The notes: generated by a model from the sequence alone, not told the origin. A stretch of 64,000 nt of DNA from Deltaproteobacteria bacterium (GCA_020349945.1 CP070704.1:2093681-2157680), one strand, 5' to 3'. Positions 18,468 through 27,775 are shown, counted from the stretch's first letter. Numbers and translations: made by a program.

Positions 18468-18585
18468 GTTCAAGATTTTTATTAGCTCCTCAGATTGCAT
18501 GCTATCTGACAGCGCAGAGTAAGTCCTTATTTATTATCACCAGCATTACTGGGAGCTTAACGAGTGAGTTTAGAAAGGAGCAAAG

Positions 18586-19836
18586 ATGAAAGAACAACTT
18601 AACCCCTTTAGCATTGCTCAGAAGCAATTGGATGATGCCGCCGAAAAGCTTGGCCTGGACAAGGCCACCCATGAACTGCTCCGTTGGCCTATGCAAGAAT
18701 TGAAGGTCACAATTCCCGTTAAGATGGATGACGGTTCAAATAGGATCTTTCATGCCTTTCGTATCCAGTACAACACGGCCCGTGGCCCTGCCAAGGGAGG
18801 CATCCGCTGGCATCCAGATGAGACTATCGACACAGTGCGTGCCCTTGCGGCATGGATGACCTGGAAAACCTCCGTGGTTGACATCCCTCTAGGGGGAGGC
18901 AAAGGGGGAATTATTTGTAACCCCAAGGAGCTTTCCGAGGCCGAAAAGGAGCGACTTGCTCGCGCCTACATGCGGGCTATCGCCAGGTCTCTCGGCGTCA
19001 CCAAGGATATCCCTGCCCCTGATGTTTATACCACCCCGCAAATTATGGCATGGATGATGGATGAATATGAAACAATCATGGGCGAAAAACACCCGGGTGT
19101 GATCACAGGAAAGCCCATAGCCTTGGGTGGATCTCAGGGGCGCGGCGATGCCACGGCGAGAGGCGGGATCTATGTGACTCAGGAAGCAGCTACAGCTTAC
19201 GGTATTGATCTCAAGGGCCAGCCTATGGCTATTCAGGGTTTTGGCAATGCTGGTCAGTATGCAGCCCGGCTTGGTGAACATATTCTCGGTCTTAAGCTGG
19301 TGGCTGCCTCCGACTCCAAGGCAGGCATATACAACGCCAACGGCATAGATGTGGAGGCACTCATTGAACATAAGCTTATGAATGGCAGAGTTAATGGTTT
19401 TCCCGGGGCAGAGGAGATAAGTAATGAGAAACTCCTCGAACTCGAGGTCGCCGTCCTTTTCCCTGCTGCGCTGGAAAATGTAATCACAGAAGAAAACGCT
19501 CCAAGGTTACGCTGCAAGATCCTCTGTGAGCTTGCCAACGGCCCTACGACACCGGAAGCCGATAAGATCTTTTATGATAAGGGAATAATTGTATTGCCCG
19601 ATTTCCTCGCCAATGCCGGAGGGGTCACCGTTTCTTATCTGGAGCAGGTCCAGAATACCTATAATCTTTACTGGGAAATAGAGGAAATTCACTGGAGACT
19701 AAAACAAAAAATGACCCGCGCCTTCAAAAGCGTTTACGAAATGAGCCAAAACAACAAGGTCAATATGCGTCAGGCCGCCTATTTGGTGTCCGTAGCGAGG
19801 GTAGCCGAGGCCTGTAAGCTTCGTGGCTGGGTTTAG
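18586..19836 (+). CDS. gdhA: Glutamate dehydrogenase (Glu/Leu/Phe/Val dehydrogenase family)
   Basis: 416 aa with PLGGGKGGI catalytic-lysine motif and GFGNAG dinucleotide-binding motif. RBS AAGGAG. Confidence 0.95.
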   Translation: MKEQLNPFSIAQKQLDDAAEKLGLDKATHELLRWPMQELKVTIPVKMDDGSNRIFHAFRIQYNTARGPAKGGIRWHPDETIDTVRALAAWMTWKTSVVDIPLGGGKGGIICNPKELSEAEKERLARAYMRAIARSLGVTKDIPAPDVYTTPQIMAWMMDEYETIMGEKHPGVITGKPIALGGSQGRGDATARGGIYVTQEAATAYGIDLKGQPMAIQGFGNAGQYAARLGEHILGLKLVAASDSKAGIYNANGIDVEALIEHKLMNGRVNGFPGAEEISNEKLLELEVAVLFPAALENVITEENAPRLRCKILCELANGPTTPEADKIFYDKGIIVLPDFLANAGGVTVSYLEQVQNTYNLYWEIEEIHWRLKQKMTRAFKSVYEMSQNNKVNMRQAAYLVSVARVAEACKLRGWV

Positions 19837-19878
19837 CATGGGAGAGCCAGCTTCTTTGATGAAAACGATATATCGAAA

Positions 19879-22494
19879 ATGGAACCAAAGGCAATAAACA
19901 GCGGAATAGCAGCCCTCGACCAAGTCCTTAAAGGCCTTCGTCTGGGCGATAATGTTGTGTGGCAGGTTGACAGCCTAGACGACTATTCATACTTTGCAGA
20001 GCCTTTTGCAGACCAGGCAATACGCTACAGCGATACGTGTGTTTATCTAAGATTTGCGCCTCACCCCCCGATTGTCGGACATCGTCGTGGTCTTGTCATC
20101 AAGGCGGTAGATCCGAGCCTCGGATTCGACTCCTTTACCGCCGAGGTACACAGGGTGATTGAGCAATGGGCGAAGAAGAAATTCTTTATAGTCGATAACT
20201 TGTCAGCCCTTGTTGAGGAGTGGGCAACAGATGAGCTGCTGGCGAATTTTTTCCAGGTGACGTGTCCGTTTCTCCGCGAGCTGGATACAGTCGCCTACTT
20301 CGCTTTGACGCGTGGTCAGCATGCCCACAGTGCTGTAGCCAGAGTCCGCGATACTACACAGGTGCTTATCGACGTTTACCGTATAAAGGGCATCATGTAT
20401 ATTCATCCATTGAAGGTTTGGGACCGCTACTCTCCACAAATGTTCCTGCCCCATGTGGTTACTGAAGGCAGGTGGCAGCCGGTTTTCCAAAGTGGCGAAG
20501 CGGCGGCAGTGTCTGCGATCGCTCGTAAACGTCCGCTCCACGCCATGGAGAGCTCAATTGCCCCGTGGGACAGTGTCTACCATAAGCTGATTCAATATCG
20601 AGACGCCGGTAAAGACACTCAGCAGATCACCCCTGAGATCCAGGCCCTTAAACAAGAGTTTTCGCGGATGTTGATCGGCAATCATCCCGAGTTTAACAGA
20701 CTGGCGGATTCCTATTTCACTCTGGAAGACCTGTACAACATTAGGGACCGTATGATCGGGTCTGGAAGGATCGGGGGCAAGGCGGCTGGGATGCTGCTGG
20801 CTAGGCGCATTCTCTTGAAGGAAGATAGCCAAATAGATTTCTCGCAAATACTGGAAGACCACGACTCGTTCTACATTGGGTCAGATACGTTCTTCACTTT
20901 CCTTGTGGATAACAACCTGTTCAGGCTCCGCCTGAAGCTATCAAGGGACTCCCAGCTCTCGCGTGAAGAATTTCAAGACGTGGAACAGAGCTTCCTAACC
21001 GGAAGGTTCTCTCCAGAAATAATGGAGCAGTTCCGCAACATGCTGGACTACTTTGGCCAGGCACCCATTATTGTAAGATCCAGTAGCTTGCTGGAAGATA
21101 GCTTTGGGAACTCATTTGCTGGCAAATATCGAAGCGAATTTTGCGCCAACCAGGGCAGTCCTGACGAGAGATTAGAGGTTTTTTTGCGTGCAATAAAATT
21201 GGTCTATGCAAGCACGTTGAGTCCTGATGCCCTTTCCTATCGACGCAGGCGAGGGCTGGGCGAAAGTGACGAACAGATGGCTATCCTGGTTCAACGTGTG
21301 TCAGGAATTCCTTACAGACATTATTTTTTCCCGAGCCTTGCAGGCGTGGCATTCTCACGAAACCTCTATGCGTGGACCAGTCGCATTGACCCCAATAAAG
21401 GCCTCATACGCCTCGTATTCGGATTAGGGACTCGCGCAGTAAACCGGGTAGGTGGCGATTACCCAAGAATGATTGCTCTTAGCCATCCGGAACTCAGGCC
21501 TGAGGTTGGCATGGAAATAGCGAAGTACTCTCAGCATGAGGTGGATCTTCTTAACCTAGAGGCGAATGAATTCGCTACCCTGCCTATCAATGAAGTCGTT
21601 TCCGAAGACGAATACCCTAATATCCACTTGCTGGCATCCGTTATGAAGGACGGTTACCTGTCCGACCTCTACAAAGGGGTCAAACTTTACCCAACAGAGA
21701 AAATCCTGCTCACATTCAACAAGTTCATGAGGAGCACAAATTTCGTCAAAATTACAGCAGAGATGCTGGAGACGCTGGACAAGGCTTACGGCCACCCAGT
21801 AGATACGGAATTTACTGCATCCGCAGACCTAGAAGGGCATGTCAAAATCAATTTACTGCAATGTAGGCCTTTATGGCTGCCGGGCCTATCAGGCCCTCTC
21901 AAGGTTCCTGATAACATTCCCCAGGACCGCACCCTCTTTAGGGCCACGAGGGTTATCAGTGGCGGGGTCGTGAGCAGAATCAAACATATTATTTACATAG
22001 ACCCGCGACGTTATGCCCAAATCAACTCAATGGAACTCAAAAGGTCAGTAGGCCGTGTAGTAGGACGCCTCAACGCACATCCGCGCCTTGCAGCGGATAA
22101 ATTTTTGATGATGGGCCCGGGCAGGTGGGGTAGCGGTAACATTGACCTAGGTGTCAATGTAAGTTATGCAGATATTGATAACACGGCGGTTCTCGTTGAA
22201 ATTGCCCGCGAAGATTCTGGTCACGTACCCGAGCTATCCTACGGGACGCACTTTTTTCAGGATCTGGTCGAGAACCAGATGATCTACCTGCCGATTTATC
22301 CCGATGACCCCGACACCAGATTCAATAGCCTGTTTTTTGAGCGCTCTGCAAATATCTTGGCTGATCTTTTGCCAGAAAGTGGCCAGTTTGAAAATGCCGT
22401 ACGTGTCATCGATGTCCCCCAAGTGGCTAACGGCGCCTATGCGAGAGTTGTGGCCGATCCTCAAAGCCACAGTGCTATCTGTTTCTTGGGATGA
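19879..22494 (+). CDS. PEP/pyruvate-binding (PPDK N-terminal ATP-grasp) domain protein with degenerate KaiC/RecA-like N-terminal domain
   Basis: N-terminus SGIAALDQVLKGLRLGDNVVWQV resembles the KaiC/RadA lead-in but has no Walker A. The central IGGKAAGMLLARRIL and following region match the PEP-utilising nucleotide-binding domain. No GGxTSHAAI phosphohistidine motif is present. Confidence 0.8.
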   Translation: MEPKAINSGIAALDQVLKGLRLGDNVVWQVDSLDDYSYFAEPFADQAIRYSDTCVYLRFAPHPPIVGHRRGLVIKAVDPSLGFDSFTAEVHRVIEQWAKKKFFIVDNLSALVEEWATDELLANFFQVTCPFLRELDTVAYFALTRGQHAHSAVARVRDTTQVLIDVYRIKGIMYIHPLKVWDRYSPQMFLPHVVTEGRWQPVFQSGEAAAVSAIARKRPLHAMESSIAPWDSVYHKLIQYRDAGKDTQQITPEIQALKQEFSRMLIGNHPEFNRLADSYFTLEDLYNIRDRMIGSGRIGGKAAGMLLARRILLKEDSQIDFSQILEDHDSFYIGSDTFFTFLVDNNLFRLRLKLSRDSQLSREEFQDVEQSFLTGRFSPEIMEQFRNMLDYFGQAPIIVRSSSLLEDSFGNSFAGKYRSEFCANQGSPDERLEVFLRAIKLVYASTLSPDALSYRRRRGLGESDEQMAILVQRVSGIPYRHYFFPSLAGVAFSRNLYAWTSRIDPNKGLIRLVFGLGTRAVNRVGGDYPRMIALSHPELRPEVGMEIAKYSQHEVDLLNLEANEFATLPINEVVSEDEYPNIHLLASVMKDGYLSDLYKGVKLYPTEKILLTFNKFMRSTNFVKITAEMLETLDKAYGHPVDTEFTASADLEGHVKINLLQCRPLWLPGLSGPLKVPDNIPQDRTLFRATRVISGGVVSRIKHIIYIDPRRYAQINSMELKRSVGRVVGRLNAHPRLAADKFLMMGPGRWGSGNIDLGVNVSYADIDNTAVLVEIAREDSGHVPELSYGTHFFQDLVENQMIYLPIYPDDPDTRFNSLFFERSANILADLLPESGQFENAVRVIDVPQVANGAYARVVADPQSHSAICFLG

Positions 22495-22605
22495 GTTTAG
22501 GCGTCGTAATCGCATCTTCTCCGAGTGATCGGCCGCAATTGGACGCTGAGAAACAAGAGGATCCTTTACTCAGAGGGCCCTTAAAAGGCTACCACTTACC
22601 CAACA

Positions 22606-23025
22606 TTATGATCCTCGCATTTCAACGCTTTGGGGGCGCAGTTGTGAACGAGGAAACTCCATGGGCACTTTCTGGCTGTACTCCAGTTTTCTATTTCCTG
22701 TCAGCAGGGCCAGAAGCAAACCAGATTCACGGCAGCGTCCCCCATTTACACATCTTTCTCGGGTTCTTTCAAAAAAGTAGAGGGGCGCAAGACAATTAAA
22801 GACGTTGGCATCAACACTATGCCTGCTCCCTTCTAGATCTCCCCTGCCCGAATAATGATCTCTATTGTAATTAATCTTCTTTTTCAGCCGCAGAATTTCC
22901 TTGATCAAGGCTAAATCAGGACATCCATCAAATCGCGGGCAGGAAATACAGTGCTCATAGAATTTGAGCGGCGTTTCACAATCGAACTCCGCAGCAAGAA
23001 CTGCTTTCGGTTTTCTGGTGCTCAT
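22606..23025 (-). CDS. Hypothetical Cys-rich protein
   Basis: GGAGA RBS. The N-terminus has C-x10-C-x2-C-x5-C (CETPLKFYEHCISCPRFDGC). The C-terminal half is Arg/Leu-rich and looks less protein-like, so the true length is uncertain. Last gene of the glutamate synthase operon. Confidence 0.5.
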   Translation of the reverse strand: MSTRKPKAVLAAEFDCETPLKFYEHCISCPRFDGCPDLALIKEILRLKKKINYNRDHYSGRGDLEGSRHSVDANVFNCLAPLYFFERTRERCVNGGRCRESGLLLALLTGNRKLEYSQKVPMEFPRSQLRPQSVEMRGS

Positions 23026-23095
23026 GGTAATCTCCTTCCTATTCCTTGCTCTACAGAGTGATCGCTCGTTTCATTTGCAGCCGGCCTAAAGATTG

Positions 23096-23314
23096 CTAAG
23101 ATTTAAACCAGCGGGCCCCCATAAGCCACTCAGTTGTCTTATCTTCAAGGGCCTTGTAACCAAAGGTGACACAGGCCACTTTGCAGCATCCACAGCCTAT
23201 ACACTTATCCGTGTCCACAGAGATGAGGCCTTTTTCCTCTCCGATAGCATCCACTGCGCAAACCCTGAGCGCGTAGCAATCCTTGCAGTCATGTCTGCAA
23301 ATACTATTGATCAT
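23096..23314 (-). CDS. 4Fe-4S ferredoxin-type protein
   Basis: 72 aa with CIGCGCCKVAC and CRHDCKDC cysteine clusters. AGGAG RBS. Confidence 0.8.
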   Translation of the reverse strand: MINSICRHDCKDCYALRVCAVDAIGEEKGLISVDTDKCIGCGCCKVACVTFGYKALEDKTTEWLMGARWFKS

Positions 23315-23338
23315 CCTAATCTCCTTTCTCTCAATGCA

Positions 23339-24904
23339 CTAGCCCAAGATCTTCTCAATCTCTTCCTGGTCTGATTCCATAACATAGGGAATGCCTGACA
23401 CCTCGGCCGCATCCCTTGTTAGGGCAACTAGGTCGTTCCGGTCAATATGGTGGAGAGCGAATTTCCTGGCGCCAGCCATGAGTTGCTGTAAACCTTGCCG
23501 TAGCCGATCAATGTATGAGTACACACCAATGGCCCCGGCCGGAAGCCTCGCGAAGTCCTTTCCAAAGCGCTCCCTTAACTGGGCACCCACAGCAAAAAGC
23601 TTGACATAGCCGTCAGCAATGTCTTCGCCTCCCCGTTTGTTCTTTTCAGCCATCAGTCTCCCATGGCTCTTCCCCACCATAGCCGCTGTCATGATGGCCC
23701 GTCCCAGACAGATTCCCTTTACATAAGGGGCCCCCAAGGCAACGGCCTTAAATATATGATCCTCTAAGGAAAGGCCCCCGGCTATGGCAAGAGGAGGAAT
23801 GAAAGCCTCTTTGGCCTTGAGTCGTTCACAGATCTGGTAAGTCAGGCATTCAAGCTGGACCGTTGGTATGCCCCACTCATTCATCATGCGCCAGGGACTC
23901 ATGCCTGTGCCGCCCCCGGATCCGTCAATAGTCAGCAGGTCTATCTTTGCCTCTGATGAATATTTTAACGCGCGGGCCAGGTCAGCAGGCCGGTAAGCAC
24001 CAGTCTTCAGGGTCACATACTTCGCTCCTAAACTGCGCAGATGATCTACGGATTTATGAAAGGATTCCTCATCCACCATGCCCAGCCTTGAGTGTCTTTC
24101 GAATTCAGAGATCCCTCCAGCCTCAAAGGCAGTCTGGACAGCAGGCTCTGTGGGATCAGGGAGCACAATATAGCCACGTTTTTTAAGCTCCAGAGCCCTC
24201 TCTAGGCTGGGCAGCTTTACCTCCCCGCCGATATCCTTGGCCCCTTGTCCCCACTTGAGCTCAATGATCTCCACGCCCAGCTTCTCGATCACGTACTCCG
24301 GGACCCCAAGCTTGGTATCCTCAACATTGGCTTGAATAATGACCCCGCCTTTTCCATCGTACCACCTTTTAAAGGTCTCAATCCGACGCTCCATTTCCGG
24401 CGATTTAAAGATCTTGCCGTTTTCGAATTCGGCATCGGGGTCCATGCCGCAAATGTTTTCCCCTGCTACAACAATCACCCCCGAGATTGCCGCACCTGCG
24501 GCGATATCCTCCCAGTTGATCCGGGCAATTTCGGTAGATCCGAGTGCTCCGGTAAAGGTTGGAAAATCGAGCTTGATGCCCCCATCAGCCCCTAAATTTA
24601 TGCTACAGTCGACTGCTGGAAATGTGGCAACGTCTGAGTCGGCCTCGATACCAACTGCCCCCACACACGTTCCCTGAATATTAAAGTGAGAAAAATCAAC
24701 GGGATAATCCTTTTCAGCCCCTGCAGTAATCTTGCCGAAGGGCTGAGGATAGATCATCTCACGTCCTTTTAGGGCAGAGCGCCCCACCTCACAGGGTCCC
24801 TCACACCCATCCAGGCACGTCACGCAGATACCCGAGACTGGAGCCGGCTCTACACGGGTCGTTGTCACGGTTGCAGCACTACGATTTGGTTTACTAAACG
24901 ACAT
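23339..24904 (-). CDS. Glutamate synthase-related FMN-binding protein (GltB central-domain type, archaeal-style)
   Basis: 521 aa with N-terminal CVTCLDGCEGPCEV cluster and IDGSGGGTGMSPW plus GGLSLEDHIFKAVALGA motifs typical of the GltS FMN domain. GGGAGG RBS. Confidence 0.9.
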   Translation of the reverse strand: MSFSKPNRSAATVTTTRVEPAPVSGICVTCLDGCEGPCEVGRSALKGREMIYPQPFGKITAGAEKDYPVDFSHFNIQGTCVGAVGIEADSDVATFPAVDCSINLGADGGIKLDFPTFTGALGSTEIARINWEDIAAGAAISGVIVVAGENICGMDPDAEFENGKIFKSPEMERRIETFKRWYDGKGGVIIQANVEDTKLGVPEYVIEKLGVEIIELKWGQGAKDIGGEVKLPSLERALELKKRGYIVLPDPTEPAVQTAFEAGGISEFERHSRLGMVDEESFHKSVDHLRSLGAKYVTLKTGAYRPADLARALKYSSEAKIDLLTIDGSGGGTGMSPWRMMNEWGIPTVQLECLTYQICERLKAKEAFIPPLAIAGGLSLEDHIFKAVALGAPYVKGICLGRAIMTAAMVGKSHGRLMAEKNKRGGEDIADGYVKLFAVGAQLRERFGKDFARLPAGAIGVYSYIDRLRQGLQQLMAGARKFALHHIDRNDLVALTRDAAEVSGIPYVMESDQEEIEKILG

Positions 24905-24946
24905 AGGTAAATCCTCCCTTTATTGATCCCCATCACTTAAAAGGAC

Positions 24947-24988
24947 AAAAAATAAAAATCCACACTCTACACTCACGTAGATTGTGGA
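24947..24988 (-). terminator. Intrinsic terminator (attenuator) in glutamate synthase leader
   Basis: Minus strand: TCCACAATCTAC-GTGAGT-GTAGAGTGTGGA followed by TTTTTATTTTTT, about 43 nt upstream of the ATG. Confidence 0.7.
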
Positions 24989-25025
24989 CCTCTTTGTCTC
25001 CTTAAGTAATACGGCTCTGTATTAC
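24987..25025 (-). promoter_or_regulatory. ANTAR-type dual hexaloop hairpin module (glutamate synthase leader)
   Basis: Minus strand: GGTAATAC-AGAGCC-GTATTACT, then GAC-AAAGAG-GTC overlapping the terminator 5' arm. Near-identical to the gdh leader module. Confidence 0.65.
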
Positions 25026-25047
25026 CGTTATTTAAGATTCAGTATCA

Positions 25048-25076
25048 TTTATAATAACAACCGCCCCTTTTGTCAA
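25048..25076 (-). promoter_or_regulatory. Sigma-70-type promoter candidate for glutamate synthase leader
   Basis: Minus strand: TTGACA, a 17-nt spacer, then TATAAA. Confidence 0.5.
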
Positions 25077-25102
25077 GTGCTTTTTTATGCCTTTCACCAC
25101 GA

Positions 25103-25813
25103 CTAAATGTCCTGGGAGATAATAATCGCCTCAGCGATCTCCCGCATGGATTTTCGGCTATCCATGCTCTTTTTTTGTAACCACCGGAAGGCCTTATCAG
25201 CCGGCAAATTCTTTTTAACCATCAATAACTCTTTTGCTCTCTCGATCTTTTTTCTTGATTCTAATTCCTCTTCGATAACCCTCGTTCGGACTAGAAGTTC
25301 TGTGTTTCCAATGGCTATGGCAGCCTGATTCGCCACTGTCTTTATGAGGTTGATTTCTGTTTCTGAAAATTTATGGGGCTCGATCGTAAAACAATCGAGC
25401 ACCCCGATAACCCTGTCATCTTTCACACGCAAGGGGACACCCACCATCGAAACCAGGCCCAATTTTTTTGCCATTTCCTTTTCCTTGAATCTGGGCTCCC
25501 TTAATACATCCTCGAGGACAAGTGTGCGGTTATGAGTGGCAATAAATCCAACCACGCCTTCATTCATATTTAAAAATCTGTCCTTGAAGTAATCAGGGTT
25601 CATAGACTGAGTTGCCTTAAGTCGCATTTTTTTTCCGTCTTTAGTCTCCTCCACCAGCCAAAGGGAGCAGATCTCTACCCCGGTCACCTTTGCTGTGACC
25701 ATCACTATTAGCTTGAGAATATCTTCCAGATACAGGTCGGAAGTGATGGCCTGGCTAATATCCATAAGGCCCTTTATATACCTATCGTAGGTTTCCAGCT
25801 TAATTTTGTCCAT
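25103..25813 (-). CDS. GAF domain / ANTAR domain RNA-binding antiterminator regulator
   Basis: 236 aa. N-terminal GAF-like region (VTGVEICSLWLVEE...VGVPLRVKDDRVIGVLDCF). C-terminal ANTAR helices (IERAKELLMVKKNLPADKAFRWLQKKSMDSRKSMREIAEAII). Confidence 0.88.
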   Translation of the reverse strand: MDKIKLETYDRYIKGLMDISQAITSDLYLEDILKLIVMVTAKVTGVEICSLWLVEETKDGKKMRLKATQSMNPDYFKDRFLNMNEGVVGFIATHNRTLVLEDVLREPRFKEKEMAKKLGLVSMVGVPLRVKDDRVIGVLDCFTIEPHKFSETEINLIKTVANQAAIAIGNTELLVRTRVIEEELESRKKIERAKELLMVKKNLPADKAFRWLQKKSMDSRKSMREIAEAIIISQDI

Positions 25814-26254
25814 AGATAACCCGGTCGAAGCCTGTTACAAAAACCTCATTATTTGACTAAATTCCCTCATTCCTTGCCAATAATGTATTTAATGCCGGGG
25901 GCGCCCCTTAAGGCCATTACCCTTTTAAACCTTCGTACCATGCTATCTTAAATAATGATCAAGCTTTAAATCTACAACATTTATACTAGAAATGCCACCC
26001 GTTTTCACCAAATACCCCTCGCCCCCACCTCGTTTCTTGACCAAACAAGTCAGCCATTGACGAAAAATATATTCTTTGATAGTTTTCCTTTACTCCAATA
26101 ATATGCGTTAACCCAGGCCAAAAGGGACAACATGATCCGAATACCAATACCTTGCTTCTCATAAACACGGGTGGGGTTTTTATTAGCACATAGGTTTAAT
26201 CGAATGATATGGAGAGTAACGAATCAGGAAAAATAATCAACGAACGGCGAAAAC

Positions 26255-27775
26255 ATGGCTGGAAAAACAACAAGTTTTCACACTGAGCGATACATAAGAG
26301 AACAGACATCTGCAATCCTCGAAAGGGTTAAGAGGTTTGACAACAAACTGTATCTCGAATTTGGAGGTAAGCTCCTTTATGACTATCATGCTTCGAGGGT
26401 TTTACCCGGATATGATCCAAATGTCAAAATGCGGCTTCTACAGAAATTAAGAGACAAGGCAGATATCCTGCTATGCATCTATGCTGGCGATATTGAAAGA
26501 AAAAAAATAAGGGCAGACTTTGGCATTACCTATGATTCTGACACCCTCAAACTGATCGACGATTTAAGGGGGTGGGGAATCGAGGTGCTGGGTGTGATCA
26601 TTAACCGTTTTGATAACCAGCCAGCCGCCACATTGTTCAAAAATAGATTGGAAAGAAGGAATATGAAGGTCTATACCCATCGTTTCACAAAAGGGTATCC
26701 CACAGACGTAGAATTGATTGTAAGCGGTGAAGGATATGGGGCTAATGAGTATATTGAAACGGAAAAATCGCTGGTCATTGTCACAGGTCCCGGCCCCGGC
26801 AGTGGGAAGCTGGCTACGTGCCTCTCTCAATTGTACCATGACTACAAGAAAGGGATTAAGTCCGGATATGCTAAATTTGAGACTTTTCCTGTCTGGAATT
26901 TACCACTTAAACATCCGGTTAATGTAGCCTATGAGGCAGCAACCGCTGATATCAAAGATTTCAACCTCATCGATCCTTTTCACCTGGAATCCTACAATCA
27001 GAGAGCGGTAAACTATAACCGTGATGTCGAAATATTCCCTGTTCTCAAAAGAATACTGGAGAAAATAACTGGTGGCGAATCATTTTACAGATCTCCAACA
27101 GATATGGGAGTGAATCGAGTTGGTTTTGCTATAACTGATGATGATGTCGCAGGTGAGGCAGCCAAGCAGGAAATTATCAGGCGCTATTTTCGATACCAGT
27201 GTGAATATGTGATGGGTTTTGCGGATAAGGAAACCGTCCAGAGGGTAGAGCTTTTTATCAAGGATTTTAATCTCCAACCAGAGTACAGGAGTGTTGTTGA
27301 ACCGGCGCGTCAGGCCGCCAGGGAGGCACAGGAGGCAAATAAAGGCAATGAAGGCATTTATTGTGGGGCAGCCATAGCATTGAGCGACGGCACCATAGTT
27401 ACCGGCAATAACTCTCCTCTCATGCATGCGGCATCAAGCCTTATTCTGCACGCCATAAAGCACTTGGCAGAAATTCCCCATAAGATAAAGTTGCTGCCTT
27501 CCCACATAACGGATTCTGTCAAGAACCTCAAGACGCAAATCCTGAATGAGAAAACGGTCAGCCTGGACCTGGAAGAGACTCTGATTGCGCTCGGTATCAG
27601 TGCGACGACAAATTCTGCTGCTCAATTGGCCATTGAGAAATTAAAAGAGCTTCAGGGCTGTGAGGTACACATGACCCACATCCCCACACCAGGCGATGAA
27701 GCAGGTCTGAGGCGTCTGGGCGTTAACCTGACCAGCGATCCAAATTTTTCCACAAGAGACCTCTTCATCTCCTGA
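26255..27775 (+). CDS. DUF1846 (UPF0371) family protein
   Basis: 506 aa. KLYLEFGGKLLYDYHASRVLPGYDPN, GPGPGSGKLATCLSQLYH and FETFPVWNLPLKHPVN match my recollection of the UPF0371 family. Confidence 0.8.
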   Translation: MAGKTTSFHTERYIREQTSAILERVKRFDNKLYLEFGGKLLYDYHASRVLPGYDPNVKMRLLQKLRDKADILLCIYAGDIERKKIRADFGITYDSDTLKLIDDLRGWGIEVLGVIINRFDNQPAATLFKNRLERRNMKVYTHRFTKGYPTDVELIVSGEGYGANEYIETEKSLVIVTGPGPGSGKLATCLSQLYHDYKKGIKSGYAKFETFPVWNLPLKHPVNVAYEAATADIKDFNLIDPFHLESYNQRAVNYNRDVEIFPVLKRILEKITGGESFYRSPTDMGVNRVGFAITDDDVAGEAAKQEIIRRYFRYQCEYVMGFADKETVQRVELFIKDFNLQPEYRSVVEPARQAAREAQEANKGNEGIYCGAAIALSDGTIVTGNNSPLMHAASSLILHAIKHLAEIPHKIKLLPSHITDSVKNLKTQILNEKTVSLDLEETLIALGISATTNSAAQLAIEKLKELQGCEVHMTHIPTPGDEAGLRRLGVNLTSDPNFSTRDLFIS

